A stretch of DNA of 64,000 nt from Acidobacteriia bacterium UBA6623. Lineage in GTDB: Bacteria; Acidobacteriota; Terriglobia; Bryobacterales; UBA6623. A model generated the notes under the pieces. It had not been told where the DNA came from. It ran no database searches and was given only the letters and a program-made list of their open reading frames with translations. The stretch is from NCBI GenBank assembly GCA_002433055.1, contig DJHJ01000026.1, forward strand, positions 12,447-76,446, read 5' to 3'. The position numbers were made by a program, and so were the translations under genes. Every line of letters starts with the position of its first letter. The stretch's first letter is position 1. This document shows positions 50,701 to 62,031 of the stretch, in pieces.

Positions 50701-50830
50701 TCGTCAACTTTGTTCTGATGGCGCAACATATGTGCCAATCTCTCATCTAGAATTCTGAAATCGCGTCAAGCATCCTCTATGCCAACAATAACTATATTTC
50801 GACTACGACACAAGAAAGTTTACCGAGTCG

Positions 50831-52135
50831 CTAAGGTCGCATGCGATTTAACATTCGCGGAAAAGCAATTGTTTCCCGCACATGCTTCAGTCCACATATC
50901 CACGCGACACAGCGCTCAATCCCCATGCCAAAACCTCCGTGGGGTACCGACCCATACTTGCGCAGATCCAAATACCATTCGAATGCATCTCTGGGTAAGT
51001 CGTGTTCCCTTAACTTTTCGAGCAGCAGGTCATAGTCATGAATTCGCTGTCCGCCACCCACTAATTCTCCCGAACCCTCAGGTCCGATTACATCAACACC
51101 CAATGCGAGCTCAGGACGTACGGAATCGGGTTGCATGTAAAACGCCTTGATTGCACTTGGAAATCGATGCACCATGATTGGACCTTCAAATTCTTCGCTA
51201 ATTAAGGTCTCATCAGTAGCGCCAAAATCGTCTCCCCATTCTATGTCGCTACCTTTCTTTTGCAAAATCGCAACAGCTTCGTCGTAGCTGATTCGCGGGA
51301 AAGGTTTTTTGATCATCTGCAACTTGGATACATCGCGATCGAGAAGAGCTAACTCAGTCGATCGATTTGCAAGCACTTGACTGACGACAGCAATGATCAT
51401 CTTCTCGGCAAGTGCCATAACGTCGTCTAAGTCCGCATAGGCCATCTCTGGCTCTACCATCCAAAACTCCGTCAAGTGTCGGCGTGTCTTCGATTTTTCG
51501 GCTCGAAAAGTCGGACCAAAGCAATAAGTTTTATTGAATGCCGCCGCAGTAGCTTCGTTGTACAACTGTCCCGATTGACCAAGATATGCAACCTCTTCCT
51601 CAAAATAGGGAACCTGGAACAACGTCGTAGTCCCTTCACACGCAGCCGGTGTCAAGATTGGTGTATCAACACAAATAAAACTATTACTGTCCAGAAAATC
51701 GCGGATTGCACGAATTATTTCGTGGCGAATCCGAAGCACGGCATACTGTCGCTTACTGCGCAACCACAAGTGCCGATGATCTAAAAGAAATTCCGCTCCG
51801 TGTTCTTTTGGACTAATCGGAAATGGGTCATCCGGAGGAACTTCTTGAACTAATTCGAGATGCTCGATCTCAATTTCATGACCACCAGGTGCGCGCTCTT
51901 CCGCTCTGACGTGACCACTAAGTCGGACACTAGTTTCCTGTGTGAGACTCCGGCAAATTGTAAATATTTCCTCGGACACTGAACCTTTCACTACAACGGC
52001 TTGTAAAAATCCAGTTCCGTCTCGCAGCATCGGAAACAATAATTTTCCGGATCGACGGATATTATGGATCCATGCTTCCAGCTGCACGTTTTCACCGGCA
52101 AATTTTCCAATCTGTTCAATAGTTACCTGTGGCAT
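50831..52135 (-). CDS. asnS: Asparagine--tRNA ligase
   Basis: [45 protein letters not shown]. Confidence 0.93.
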   Translation of the reverse strand: MPQVTIEQIGKFAGENVQLEAWIHNIRRSGKLLFPMLRDGTGFLQAVVVKGSVSEEIFTICRSLTQETSVRLSGHVRAEERAPGGHEIEIEHLELVQEVPPDDPFPISPKEHGAEFLLDHRHLWLRSKRQYAVLRIRHEIIRAIRDFLDSNSFICVDTPILTPAACEGTTTLFQVPYFEEEVAYLGQSGQLYNEATAAAFNKTYCFGPTFRAEKSKTRRHLTEFWMVEPEMAYADLDDVMALAEKMIIAVVSQVLANRSTELALLDRDVSKLQMIKKPFPRISYDEAVAILQKKGSDIEWGDDFGATDETLISEEFEGPIMVHRFPSAIKAFYMQPDSVRPELALGVDVIGPEGSGELVGGGQRIHDYDLLLEKLREHDLPRDAFEWYLDLRKYGSVPHGGFGMGIERCVAWICGLKHVRETIAFPRMLNRMRP

Positions 52136-52379
52136 CGAAAATAGTTACTCCATGACCCATCAAATAATTCCATAAGGATAGACAATTCCTAACAGTCATT
52201 GATTTTACCTAAAGGGCTTGTCCACTATTGTCGTAGTGTCATTCTTGTTTAACCCATACTCGGCTGACTTTCATTGGATAGAATGACCCATTCCAATTCG
52301 AAACCGAATCTATTTCGTCATAATATTGACACGTCTGGCAATTGTAGTTGATCGCTATAATTTAGGTGGCACCGTTGCG

Positions 52380-53846
52380 ATGACACGGAATTTATTCGCA
52401 TATCTTCTGTTTTTTAGTTCACTGTTGAACGCGAGCGATGTACAGGATTTAGAAGCATCCCTACAAAAATTTATTCACGTCTTTAATGTTATTGACGCAA
52501 ACCTAGCAGAACCCTTCGACCCCACTACATCTATTTACAGAGGTGCCCTCCCTGGTATGGTTCGGACACTCGATCCATATTCTGCTTTTCTCGACTCACA
52601 TCAATTTGAAGCGTTACAAGAGATGCAACGATCGACCGAAAAGGGTTTTGGTAGTGTCGTCAATCTTCTCCCCGGTCGCGCTATTGTTCTACAAACATTG
52701 CCGGGCAGTCCATCGGAACGCGCTGGGCTGCTCGCCGGCGATGAAATTTTGGCGGTTAACGGATATCAGCTATCTCAGCTTCCCATTGAGCAACTGGTGG
52801 CTTTACTTAATCAAGCACGTCAAAGTAGAGCTGCACTTGTCGTTAAACGACCGTCGATCCAAAGACTGATGCCGATCGATCTGATCCCTGCAGAACTGGC
52901 GGACCCGAGCGTAACCAGAATCCTTCTCCTAGAGGATGGCATTGGACACATCAAAGTAGCGAATTTTGAACAACAAACGGCAGACGAGTTACGTGATGCG
53001 ATAGAGGAATTGGGTGGACATGATCTCGATGGATTAATTCTTGACTTGCGCGGGAACCCCGGCGGCGTAGTCGAAACGGCCGTACAAACTGTAACTTTTT
53101 TTTTAAAGCCCGACCAGCAAATTTTGTGGATCCAAGGTCGCGATGGACCGCATGAAGATTTGCGAGTACCTGAAGGTTTGGAGTTTTATGAATTTTCCCT
53201 TGCGGTTCTCATCGATTCTAAAACTGCCAGTGCCGCCGAATTAGTTACCAGCGCACTTCAAGACAACGGTCGTGCGATCATTCTCGGAGAACGCAGTTTC
53301 GGGAAAGGGATAATTCAAAGCGTTTACCCGTTATCAGAAGGAGCAGCCTTAGCGCTCACAACTGCTCAATATTTGACTCCCAGCCGTAAAGTGATCCAGA
53401 GACCCCTGGGTGATTGTCGAGTTTTTCTTCTTGCGAAATGTTCCGAAGTGTCTACGGGTGAAGGATCAACCTCACAGCAAAATGGTGGCATACAACCGGA
53501 TGAGGTCATCCTGCCTCGCGGATACACGACCCTGGAAGCAGTGCTGGAGAGTACTAATTCTTTTTTTGAATTCTCACAAAAATACCGTGCGTACGGAATC
53601 ACTCCCGATGCCGACCTTGTGATTTCTGATCACCTCCTCGACGAATTCCAGGCTTTTCTTTCCAACCGAAAAATTCAGCCCTCGCTTGCCGAATGGACCA
53701 CTGCTCTCACCTTTATCCGGAGTCGCCTGAAACAAGAAATTTTCAACCTTGCGTTTGGTGTTGATAAGGGTGATGAAGTCGAAATATTAAGAGATCCACA
53801 GGTGCTAATGGCAGTTCGTCAAGTCAAACGGAAAATCGAGAAATGA
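52380..53846 (+). CDS. Carboxy-terminal processing protease (S41, CtpA/Prc-like) with PDZ domain
   Basis: LDPYS, DLRGNPGG, TASAAE, SFGKGIIQ, GGIQPD. Confidence 0.9.
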   Translation: MTRNLFAYLLFFSSLLNASDVQDLEASLQKFIHVFNVIDANLAEPFDPTTSIYRGALPGMVRTLDPYSAFLDSHQFEALQEMQRSTEKGFGSVVNLLPGRAIVLQTLPGSPSERAGLLAGDEILAVNGYQLSQLPIEQLVALLNQARQSRAALVVKRPSIQRLMPIDLIPAELADPSVTRILLLEDGIGHIKVANFEQQTADELRDAIEELGGHDLDGLILDLRGNPGGVVETAVQTVTFFLKPDQQILWIQGRDGPHEDLRVPEGLEFYEFSLAVLIDSKTASAAELVTSALQDNGRAIILGERSFGKGIIQSVYPLSEGAALALTTAQYLTPSRKVIQRPLGDCRVFLLAKCSEVSTGEGSTSQQNGGIQPDEVILPRGYTTLEAVLESTNSFFEFSQKYRAYGITPDADLVISDHLLDEFQAFLSNRKIQPSLAEWTTALTFIRSRLKQEIFNLAFGVDKGDEVEILRDPQVLMAVRQVKRKIEK

Positions 53847-53919
53847 TCCACAATAGATCATAGAGAAAGAATCTATCGTCGTCTGTTACTATTACAGCAA
53901 CGTCACGAAAAGGCCCTAC

Positions 53920-56382
53920 GTGAAAATGGTGAAATTTATTTTCTTCACTCTAAATGTGGCACTACTGGTGCAAAGTGCACTTGTCTCGGCAGCAGTGCCA
54001 CGAATCGACCACATCATGCCAAGGGGTGGCCAGATCGGAAAGACCGTCAAGCTGACCTTGATCGGTCAGGACCTAAGTAACAATACTCGCCTGAAGTCCA
54101 ACATCCCTGGCGCCCTGACTCCATTGGCCCCACCTCGAAATAAAGATTTCATTGGCAAGCAGTTGTCATTTTTGCTCGAGATTAGCCCGGAAGCACAGGT
54201 AGGCACCTATCAGATCCGCGTTCAAACACACGAAGGGCTTTCGAACATCTTACTTTTCACAGTTGGAGCATTTCCCGAAACCACCGATAGTGAAGTTAAT
54301 CTTGATACGACATTGTCGAGGAGAACGGCGAATGACTCATTCGCAACAGCGCAACCAGTTGAAATACCGACAACAATTAATGGGACCCTAGACTCTGCTG
54401 ATCAAGATTTTTACAGTTTTGAAATGTCCAAAGGTCAGGATTTGATTTTAGAGGTTGAAGCTCGGCGAATTGGCTCAGCCGTGGACCCTAGTATTGAAAT
54501 TTTTGACGACACTGGTGACTGGATCGATCGGAACGGAGACGCCGTGGGAATCGGCGTTGATTCTCGTTTGCAATTTATTGCCCCAAAAGCTGGCACATAC
54601 GTTGTTGCTATTCGTGACTCAAAATTCAGCCGCCAACAACAAAATTACTACCGTCTGAAAATCGCCAACTATGCAGTCGCCGATGGCATCTACCCCCTTG
54701 GTGCACAGCGTGGCTCTACATCCGAAATTACATTCTTTGGAGGCAACCTCAAAAAAACACTCAAAACTAAAGTTGTAATGATGACGGACGATCCGGCTGC
54801 TGAATTTATTACCGTTCCGGTTCCCGGCGCCCTTGGCTCACTTCCGTTTCGTGTCGCCATCGACGACAAACCCTCCCATGACGAACCCTCCGCTGCTCCC
54901 AAAAACCTTCCCAGTGAAACTTGGATCAATGGCCAGATTTCCGCATCACATGAACGGGATCGTTACCATTTGACCGTCGAACCTGGTCAAAATTGGCAAA
55001 TAGAACTGCAAGCTGCAAAGCTTGGCACATCGCAACTCCACGGAGTTTTAAATCTTTTTGACGGTCAAGGAACACCGTTAGGAACAACGCGCGAAATTGG
55101 ACTGCGGTTCAAAAAATCGTCTCTCGACGTCAGTGAAAATCCCAATGCAGACCAACATATCTCATTCACTGTGCCGGAAAATATCACTACGATCCAGGTC
55201 GAAGTTGAGGACCTGCTGGAACGAGGTGGACCTACTTTTGGGTATCGCTTGATGGCTTCTCGACGCTCCGGTTACTTCACACTGAACATTGAGGATCCAG
55301 AGCTTAACATCCCCCTACGCGGCAGTGCTGTTGTGAAAGTGAAAATTAATCGCCTTAACTATCTCGGCCCTATACGTTTGTCAATACCAAACCTTCCACC
55401 TGATTGGACGATGAATGGTGGTAATGTCCCCATGCTCGAACAACAAGGTTCGCGAGAAAGCATCTCTGTTGGTTTGCTGACTCTAACGCCAAACCCCGGC
55501 GCAATACAGAGATCTGCTGACCTTCAAATTTGGGGGGAAGCAACAATCGATGGAGTACTGGTACGGCGACAAGCACGCAACCCTGGCATGAAAACACTCG
55601 TAAGTTTTCAAATTGGCCCGGAAGAACAACTGGAAAATGTCGCCCCATGGCTCGGAACTAATCTACCTACGTCAATAATACCGGAGCGTGCTGCGGGTAT
55701 AGAATTACTTGTTCCACACTACGTCAAGCTACTCCAGGGAAGTAAAACCGAGTTCCCATTTGAGTTCACAGCCCGTCGCGGAAAGGTTACACCACTCGCG
55801 CGGATCGATCGTCGCAGCCTTCGACAGACTGAAGGTGGAGTGCGCTTTGTTGCACAAGGTGGCGCAGAGGCAAAAAATCCGCACAAGGGGACTCTCATCG
55901 TCGGCGTGCAGCCAGGGTGGGGCCCAGCTCGCTTCGATGTCGCATTGCAAGCAGATATAAACATTGCCGATTCGGTGGAAACTGTGTACTCACAAGCAAT
56001 CACAATTGATATCGTGCGGCCATACGCAATTAACCCACTGCATGATCGCAGTTCGCTCCAATCGGGCACGAATACGATCCTGACGGCGCGCTTAGATAGA
56101 CAACTGGGATTTGACCGACCCGTTACAATCACTGCGGAGAATCTGCCACTAGGTCTTTCATGCACGGAAATTCAGGTAGATGGCACCGTGGAGCTCTTTG
56201 AACTCCCATGCCATGTGGCAGCAACAACCAAAACCGGTGAGCATGTAATTGATCTCAGCACCTCTTCGACTCTTCTTGATGGAGAGGATAAAGTTATTCC
56301 TTTCAGTCCTCCATCGTTTCAACTTAAAGTAAACGTTTTACCGGTTTCTCCATCACCTGCAGATGTTTCGACTGGACTATAA
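53920..56382 (+). CDS. Large exported protein with pre-peptidase C-terminal (PPC)-like and Ig-like repeats
   Basis: Signal peptide; PRGGQ.G, ING...DQDFY, EVEARRIGSAVDP, YPLGAQRG. Confidence 0.7.
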   Translation: MKMVKFIFFTLNVALLVQSALVSAAVPRIDHIMPRGGQIGKTVKLTLIGQDLSNNTRLKSNIPGALTPLAPPRNKDFIGKQLSFLLEISPEAQVGTYQIRVQTHEGLSNILLFTVGAFPETTDSEVNLDTTLSRRTANDSFATAQPVEIPTTINGTLDSADQDFYSFEMSKGQDLILEVEARRIGSAVDPSIEIFDDTGDWIDRNGDAVGIGVDSRLQFIAPKAGTYVVAIRDSKFSRQQQNYYRLKIANYAVADGIYPLGAQRGSTSEITFFGGNLKKTLKTKVVMMTDDPAAEFITVPVPGALGSLPFRVAIDDKPSHDEPSAAPKNLPSETWINGQISASHERDRYHLTVEPGQNWQIELQAAKLGTSQLHGVLNLFDGQGTPLGTTREIGLRFKKSSLDVSENPNADQHISFTVPENITTIQVEVEDLLERGGPTFGYRLMASRRSGYFTLNIEDPELNIPLRGSAVVKVKINRLNYLGPIRLSIPNLPPDWTMNGGNVPMLEQQGSRESISVGLLTLTPNPGAIQRSADLQIWGEATIDGVLVRRQARNPGMKTLVSFQIGPEEQLENVAPWLGTNLPTSIIPERAAGIELLVPHYVKLLQGSKTEFPFEFTARRGKVTPLARIDRRSLRQTEGGVRFVAQGGAEAKNPHKGTLIVGVQPGWGPARFDVALQADINIADSVETVYSQAITIDIVRPYAINPLHDRSSLQSGTNTILTARLDRQLGFDRPVTITAENLPLGLSCTEIQVDGTVELFELPCHVAATTKTGEHVIDLSTSSTLLDGEDKVIPFSPPSFQLKVNVLPVSPSPADVSTGL

Positions 56383-56458
56383 GGCCGCTTAATTTCCTCG
56401 AGGTGCGGCGGTTATTTAGGATTAGAATATATTTGCGATACTTTTCCTGGATCGATGT

Positions 56459-57244
56459 ATGAGATTGTTTGGTGTTCTTGTCATAACCTTTTCCCTTGCG
56501 CTTTTAAGCGGCCAGACGGTAAGTCTTTACCTACGAGATGGCAGTGAGCTGATAGTAAGCGACTACAAGGTTCTTGTCGATCGGGTTCAATACTACAGTA
56601 TTCATCGTAGCTCCTGGGAAGAGATCCCTTTGCAGTACGTTGATCTCCACAGAACACAGCAAGAGAACAGGGAAAAGCAAGCAGCCAAGGACGCTCGCGC
56701 ACTCGAGGACCGCATCGAGCGTGTAGGTCGCCAAAAAATCCAAACGGAGCTGCACCGAGTTCCAGTTGAAGATGGCGTATACCACCTTCAGCAAGAAGAC
56801 GTTGTGCTAGTAGCACAAACAGACGTGATAATGGTCGCGAACAAACTCTCAAAACTGCTTCAAGCTACCGTACCTATATTTCTGGATAAATCGACGCTCG
56901 AAATTCATCACGCTGAATCTCTTTTGAGGACAAGAGATACACGTCCCATGTTTTACGTACGTCTGCAAAAAATCCAGCGACTTATGATTGTTCGACTGAC
57001 GCAAAAGAACGCAAAAAAATACATAGTTCAACAAGTGGTACAAGCACCAGCAGATACAGCTATCGTTGAAAAACAAACCGAGGTTGAAATTTTTCGTCAG
57101 CAACTCGCCCCAACAGTTTATAAAATATGGCCAGTCGAGCCACTTGCTCCAGGACGCTATGCTGTGATTGAATTCAGTCGAGGCAAGAGTAATACGCGCG
57201 TCTGGGGTTTTACTATTAAACTCAGTAGCGATAGATCACAATAG
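56459..57244 (+). CDS. Hypothetical exported protein
   Basis: Signal peptide; LYLRDGS...DRVQYYS..R..WEEIP; PLAPGRYAV. Confidence 0.6.
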   Translation: MRLFGVLVITFSLALLSGQTVSLYLRDGSELIVSDYKVLVDRVQYYSIHRSSWEEIPLQYVDLHRTQQENREKQAAKDARALEDRIERVGRQKIQTELHRVPVEDGVYHLQQEDVVLVAQTDVIMVANKLSKLLQATVPIFLDKSTLEIHHAESLLRTRDTRPMFYVRLQKIQRLMIVRLTQKNAKKYIVQQVVQAPADTAIVEKQTEVEIFRQQLAPTVYKIWPVEPLAPGRYAVIEFSRGKSNTRVWGFTIKLSSDRSQ

Positions 57245-57253
57245 ATTCTGATC

Positions 57254-58480
57254 ATGTGGAACGGATTTAAAAACACGGTAAATCGAAAACGTGCAGGACT
57301 GTATTACCTTGTATCGTCAGTTTTTATTTTTTTGAGTTGCACCGAAGTTTTGGTTGTACCATCCCTGTATCTTCAGCGACAGGATCTTACTCAATACCTG
57401 AGCACAAATGCGCATATAGAACCACTCGACGATTCCGTGGTCACTGCTTCTGTTGATGGTCGCATCCAGTCCATCGCTATCACTGAAGGAGAAAGAGTAA
57501 TCCCCGGGGCCATAATCGCCACAATTGAGAATGATGCCATCTCTTCACATCTAAAAAAAACAGAGGCATTACTGGACGCATCGAAAGCTGCATTGCAACA
57601 AGCTCAGCACGTTGATGCTGTCGAGATAGAAAATATTCGTCACAAACTTAGCGATGCACGACATTACGAAAATGCCGCTGAGGAGCATCTCGCATCAATC
57701 GAACGGCTTGCAGCTCAAAAAGCAATTCCGCGCCGAAAGCTTGAGGAAGCACGATCCGCCTTATCCGTGCGAAAAGCAACAACAGAAACATTAGCCAAAC
57801 AATGGGAAATGAGGTCTAGCACGCTCAAACAAACTTATGCCACAGCAAAAGTAGCGGAGGCTTCGGAAGCATACCGTGTAGCCAAACAACAGCTTCATTT
57901 ATCCGCTCTACGGGCCACCACTGAAGGAACTCTGTATTCCATAACAGTGAACCCGGGTGACTATGTCCATCAGGGAACTGTAATTGCGCGCATCGGAAAT
58001 CTTGACAGCGTGCGAGTGGTTGTTTTTATTGACGAACCCGATCTCGGTCACCTCACGCACGGACTTAAGGCCATTTTGAACACCGACACGTTTCCGGAGA
58101 TGGTATGGAATTGTTACATTGACCACCTTCCTGCGCAGATTGTTGCATTCAATACCCGAAAGGTTGGCGAGGCAGTCTGCACGGTGCACAACCCAGAAAA
58201 TAAACTGCTTCCGGGATTGAGCCTCAACGCCCGACTTGAAAGTGCGCGAGCCAAAAATGTACTGACTGTGCCAAGAGATGCACTTGTCTATCGTGATGGC
58301 ATTTCGTACTTATGGCTTCGGGATCATGAAGGACGGGCAAAGAGGCAGCCGGTGGAATTGGGATTGCAAACTGATTCCGAAATCGAAGTACGATCAGGTG
58401 TTTCGGAAGGAGATCAGATTCTTTTACTCGGAGGGGTTCGCCTAAAACCTGGTCAAAAGGTTCGCACGGAAGTCGAGTAG
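57254..58480 (+). CDS. Efflux periplasmic adaptor (HlyD/MacA family)
   Basis: Lipoyl halves (VDGRI, GDYV), coiled coil, IDEPDLG, LLPGL, VPRDAL. Confidence 0.85.
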   Translation: MWNGFKNTVNRKRAGLYYLVSSVFIFLSCTEVLVVPSLYLQRQDLTQYLSTNAHIEPLDDSVVTASVDGRIQSIAITEGERVIPGAIIATIENDAISSHLKKTEALLDASKAALQQAQHVDAVEIENIRHKLSDARHYENAAEEHLASIERLAAQKAIPRRKLEEARSALSVRKATTETLAKQWEMRSSTLKQTYATAKVAEASEAYRVAKQQLHLSALRATTEGTLYSITVNPGDYVHQGTVIARIGNLDSVRVVVFIDEPDLGHLTHGLKAILNTDTFPEMVWNCYIDHLPAQIVAFNTRKVGEAVCTVHNPENKLLPGLSLNARLESARAKNVLTVPRDALVYRDGISYLWLRDHEGRAKRQPVELGLQTDSEIEVRSGVSEGDQILLLGGVRLKPGQKVRTEVE

Positions 58481-58562
58481 TCAACAGCGCTTGAAACCTG
58501 GAACTAGATCGCCAAATGTCAGATTAGCTTAATTCGAAAATCAGGTCCTAGGAGATTCCACA

Positions 58563-59345
58563 GTGCGGGTAGGTGCAATAACTCTAGCAGTCATATTTAC
58601 ATCATTGGGATTTTCTGACTCGCCCCCTACCCATTCAAACACCGAAATATTTTTAAAAGGAATTGCCTTTTACGATCAGAAAAAGTACCCGCAGGCAATT
58701 AAAATATTCACAATGCTGACGACTCTTGAGCCAATACACTCCGACTACCATCGCTGGCTCGGTCGATCGTATGGTCGGCGAGCCGAAGCAATTAGCAAGT
58801 GGCAACTTCTTTCAAGTATGAAACTCGTTCGAAAAACACGTCTTTCTTTCGAGCTCGCAGTTCGGCTGGATGCATCAAATCATAAGGCCCTACGTGACTT
58901 GTTTGATTTTTACCTTCAAACTCCTTTTTTATTAGGTGGCGGATTGGACAATGCGAAAGTCATCGCTAACAAAATCAAGATGCTCGATGAGTCGATGGGG
59001 GAGCGTGCATGGGCCGAAATCCATGAAATGCGCGGCCAGACAATCAAAGCACGAGATCGGTTGAACCGTGCATACGAACTTGACCGTTCTGGTCTAGATG
59101 TCCTTATCGCATTGGCATCGTTTGAGAGTCGCCATGGTGCCTTCGATCGAAGTGATGCACTGTATGCAAAAGCGTTTCAAGATCACCCAGAATCACCACA
59201 ACTTTGGTTATCCCGAGCAAAATCCTTGCTTCGCTCCGGACGAAAAGAGACGGAAGCACTTCTCCTCTTGAAGCGATGTGTGGATGCCGACTCCAACTCT
59301 GATTCTTCCGTACTGCAGCAAGCTCAAAAACTTTTGAACCAATGA
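58563..59345 (+). CDS. Exported TPR protein
   Basis: Signal peptide; WLGRSYGRRAE, FELAVRLD, P.LLGGG. Confidence 0.7.
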   Translation: MRVGAITLAVIFTSLGFSDSPPTHSNTEIFLKGIAFYDQKKYPQAIKIFTMLTTLEPIHSDYHRWLGRSYGRRAEAISKWQLLSSMKLVRKTRLSFELAVRLDASNHKALRDLFDFYLQTPFLLGGGLDNAKVIANKIKMLDESMGERAWAEIHEMRGQTIKARDRLNRAYELDRSGLDVLIALASFESRHGAFDRSDALYAKAFQDHPESPQLWLSRAKSLLRSGRKETEALLLLKRCVDADSNSDSSVLQQAQKLLNQ

Positions 59346-60577
59346 CCTCATCGCAACCACTTGCCCATACCCTTCGATACATGACGGATTGTCTTCGATT
59401 TGCGATAAATTCGATTCTCGCCTCGAAGACCAGGAGCTTTCTTACCGCGCTTAGCATGGTTGTTGCAAATTCGTCCGTCATTTTGGTCGTAAGTGTGGCA
59501 CTGACTGGGAGGGACTTTGTCGTCGCACAAATTCAAGGAGTGGGCTCAAATCTCGTGTACGCATACTATGAGCCAGGCAGCAACGTCTCGCCATCGGAAG
59601 CGGACTACATCACTCGAGCTGATGTCAAAGCTGTACGTCGCAGCCTCGGAACGCGAGCGCGATCAGTAGCTGGAGTGATGAGCACCTGGTATCCATTATT
59701 TATTAACGGTCAAGAACGACAGGTTCGTATCCTTGGTGCTAGTGTGCACTATCAAAAAGTACGCAATTTGCAGGTACTTACCGGAAGCTTTTTCAATAAG
59801 CATGATACAGACACACGAGTGAAGGTATGCTTGCTAACAGAAACCCTGGCCCAGAGCCTGTTTGGCTCTTCACAGACTGCAGTCGGAAAAATTATTTCCA
59901 TACATGAACTGCAATTTACCGTTATAGGTGTTTTCCGGGAAGGAGTACAAACTTTAGGGCAAACTGAGGTTTCGAGCGATTCGATTTTAATACCAATCAC
60001 TGTTATCGAGTACTTTCGGGCTCGCGATCGAATTGATCCACTATACATCTCGGTATCCGCCGAAGATGATGTTGAGGATGTCACTTCGTTAGTTGCAAGC
60101 ACCCTGTCAGCACGACATCGTCCTGGCTCTCGCTATCGAGTGCAAAATCTTAAAGTGATACTCAACACGGCACGAAACATAGCACAAGCACTAACTACCG
60201 CTCTCGTTGTTCTTGCTGGTCTCACTTTGCTGATCAGTGGCATTTTCATTATGAATATCATGCTAATTTCGGTGGGCGCTCGAACCAAAGAAATCGGTAT
60301 CCGTTTATCGCTCGGTGCAAAACGAAGTCAGATTCGAATGCAGTTTCTTCTTGAAGCAGTTTGCCTCAGCATGACAGGCGGGTTAATAGGTGTAATAGTG
60401 GGGATAAGCTTGCCATTAACTGCGCGTATGTTTTTCCCTTCTCTTACGATCCCGATCGCACCACTCTCGATTGTTGCCGCTTTCATGGTGTCAGGTTTGG
60501 TTGGTATTTTCTTCGGTCTTGTGCCCGCTGCTCGAGCAGCAACATTAGATCCAATTGAGGCCCTTCGTTATGATTAG
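59342..60577 (+). CDS. MacB/FtsX-like ABC transporter permease (no fused ATPase)
   Basis: RSFLT, IMNIML.SV..RTKEIGIR..LGA, QFLLEA, PAARAA.LDPIEALRY. Confidence 0.9.
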   Translation: MTSSQPLAHTLRYMTDCLRFAINSILASKTRSFLTALSMVVANSSVILVVSVALTGRDFVVAQIQGVGSNLVYAYYEPGSNVSPSEADYITRADVKAVRRSLGTRARSVAGVMSTWYPLFINGQERQVRILGASVHYQKVRNLQVLTGSFFNKHDTDTRVKVCLLTETLAQSLFGSSQTAVGKIISIHELQFTVIGVFREGVQTLGQTEVSSDSILIPITVIEYFRARDRIDPLYISVSAEDDVEDVTSLVASTLSARHRPGSRYRVQNLKVILNTARNIAQALTTALVVLAGLTLLISGIFIMNIMLISVGARTKEIGIRLSLGAKRSQIRMQFLLEAVCLSMTGGLIGVIVGISLPLTARMFFPSLTIPIAPLSIVAAFMVSGLVGIFFGLVPAARAATLDPIEALRYD

Positions 60578-61937
60578 ACTCCACTCATTTACTACACAAT
60601 ACACACTCGGACAAAGTTCAACAGGTCCACAAATATGGAAACTGTTCTTATCGTTGTCAGTCTGTTTTTTGGGTATAAGCCCTCCGTCTGTCATGCTGGC
60701 TGAATCGACACAATCAATCACTTTGCTTCAGGCTATCAAGATTGCCGTGGAGCAAAACCCTGATGTTTTATTAGCTCGGCTCGATGTCAAAAAAGCAACT
60801 CACAGCGTCCGTGAAGCCAAAGCTCCTTTTTCACCAAAGCTCCATGTTGGCTCTGGGTTAGCAGTGTCTAGTGGCATTCCGCAAAGTGTGGATGGTGCTT
60901 CTCCTGCAATTATGCGTGCCGTGGGTCGGCAGTTTATTTTTAATCGCGAGCAGTCGAACCATGTCAGACGTGCACGTGAACTTGTTGCGGCCTCGAAGCA
61001 TGCAATGGGATCTCAACAAGATGAAGTCGCATATCGTGTGGCTTCTACTTATCTAGACTTTGAGCAATCGTGGCGTAGAAGCCGATTATTGGAAGATCAG
61101 CTATCTCACTTCACACGTATCGAAAATGTCATCAACGCTCAAGTTGCCGATGGTCACGCAATCCCGCTGGCCGCACAACGTGCACGTCTCGACACAGTCA
61201 CTGCAAATCGTACCCTGAAAATAGAACGGGCCCAATCACGCATCTTGGAAGCAACCTTACAGTATGAATTAGGGGTGACGCGTGCGGTTCGGCTTCGTCC
61301 TGCACCAACCGATTTTGTAATGACTGCAAAACTCCCCGAGGATGCCAAAGCCGCGCAGCTATTAGCCCTTGAACGCAATCCTGAACTGCACCGCATAGCA
61401 GCTGACTTACGTGCAAACGGGTACGCTCTCCAAGCAGCGAAAGGATCACTTTTCCCTCGAGTTGATCTAGTTGCGCAATACTCACTATTGGGACGTTTTA
61501 ACAAATACGAAGACTTTTTCAATAAGTTCCAACGCCACAATGGGCAATTTGGAGTATCCCTTCAAATTCCAGTTTTTGGCCGAAAAGAAGTTAAAGCTCG
61601 TACCGGAAAAATCCGTGTTGAAGCCCAGAGACTCGACGTTCGTCAAAAGGCAATCCAATCCTGGTTGAATCTCGAATTGATACGTCTGTATGAAGAACTC
61701 GATCTTGCGAATAACATGCAGAGTCTCTCTCGGGCAGAGCTTGACTTGACACGTGAAAAACTTAGCGTACAGCTCGCTAAATTTGATGAAGGTCTAATTT
61801 CAATGGAGGAAATCGAACGCGCTCGCTTACAGGAAAGTCTTGCATGGAATAACTATTACGATTCCCAATATGCCTTACAAAAAAAGAAACTTGGCGTCAT
61901 GCACCAAACGGGTCAATTAGCTCGTGCCGGGATGTAA
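60570..61937 (+). CDS. TolC-family outer membrane efflux protein (start uncertain)
   Basis: ITLLQAI..A...NP, FPRVDL, LQIPVF helical-barrel pattern; context. Confidence 0.82.
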   Translation: MIRLHSFTTQYTLGQSSTGPQIWKLFLSLSVCFLGISPPSVMLAESTQSITLLQAIKIAVEQNPDVLLARLDVKKATHSVREAKAPFSPKLHVGSGLAVSSGIPQSVDGASPAIMRAVGRQFIFNREQSNHVRRARELVAASKHAMGSQQDEVAYRVASTYLDFEQSWRRSRLLEDQLSHFTRIENVINAQVADGHAIPLAAQRARLDTVTANRTLKIERAQSRILEATLQYELGVTRAVRLRPAPTDFVMTAKLPEDAKAAQLLALERNPELHRIAADLRANGYALQAAKGSLFPRVDLVAQYSLLGRFNKYEDFFNKFQRHNGQFGVSLQIPVFGRKEVKARTGKIRVEAQRLDVRQKAIQSWLNLELIRLYEELDLANNMQSLSRAELDLTREKLSVQLAKFDEGLISMEEIERARLQESLAWNNYYDSQYALQKKKLGVMHQTGQLARAGM

Positions 61938-62031
61938 CAGTGAAGAATGTAAACACTACGTACCTTACCCGGTCAAATCAAGCTACAATTTTTCTTGCAA
62001 GAGAACTATGGCCTGACGCCGATCAATTATA

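Noticed and set aside
52326-52361. Perfect TTGACA and TATAAT boxes upstream of the S41 protease
   Set aside because: Spacer is 24 nt, too long for sigma70; the -10 alone may still be used
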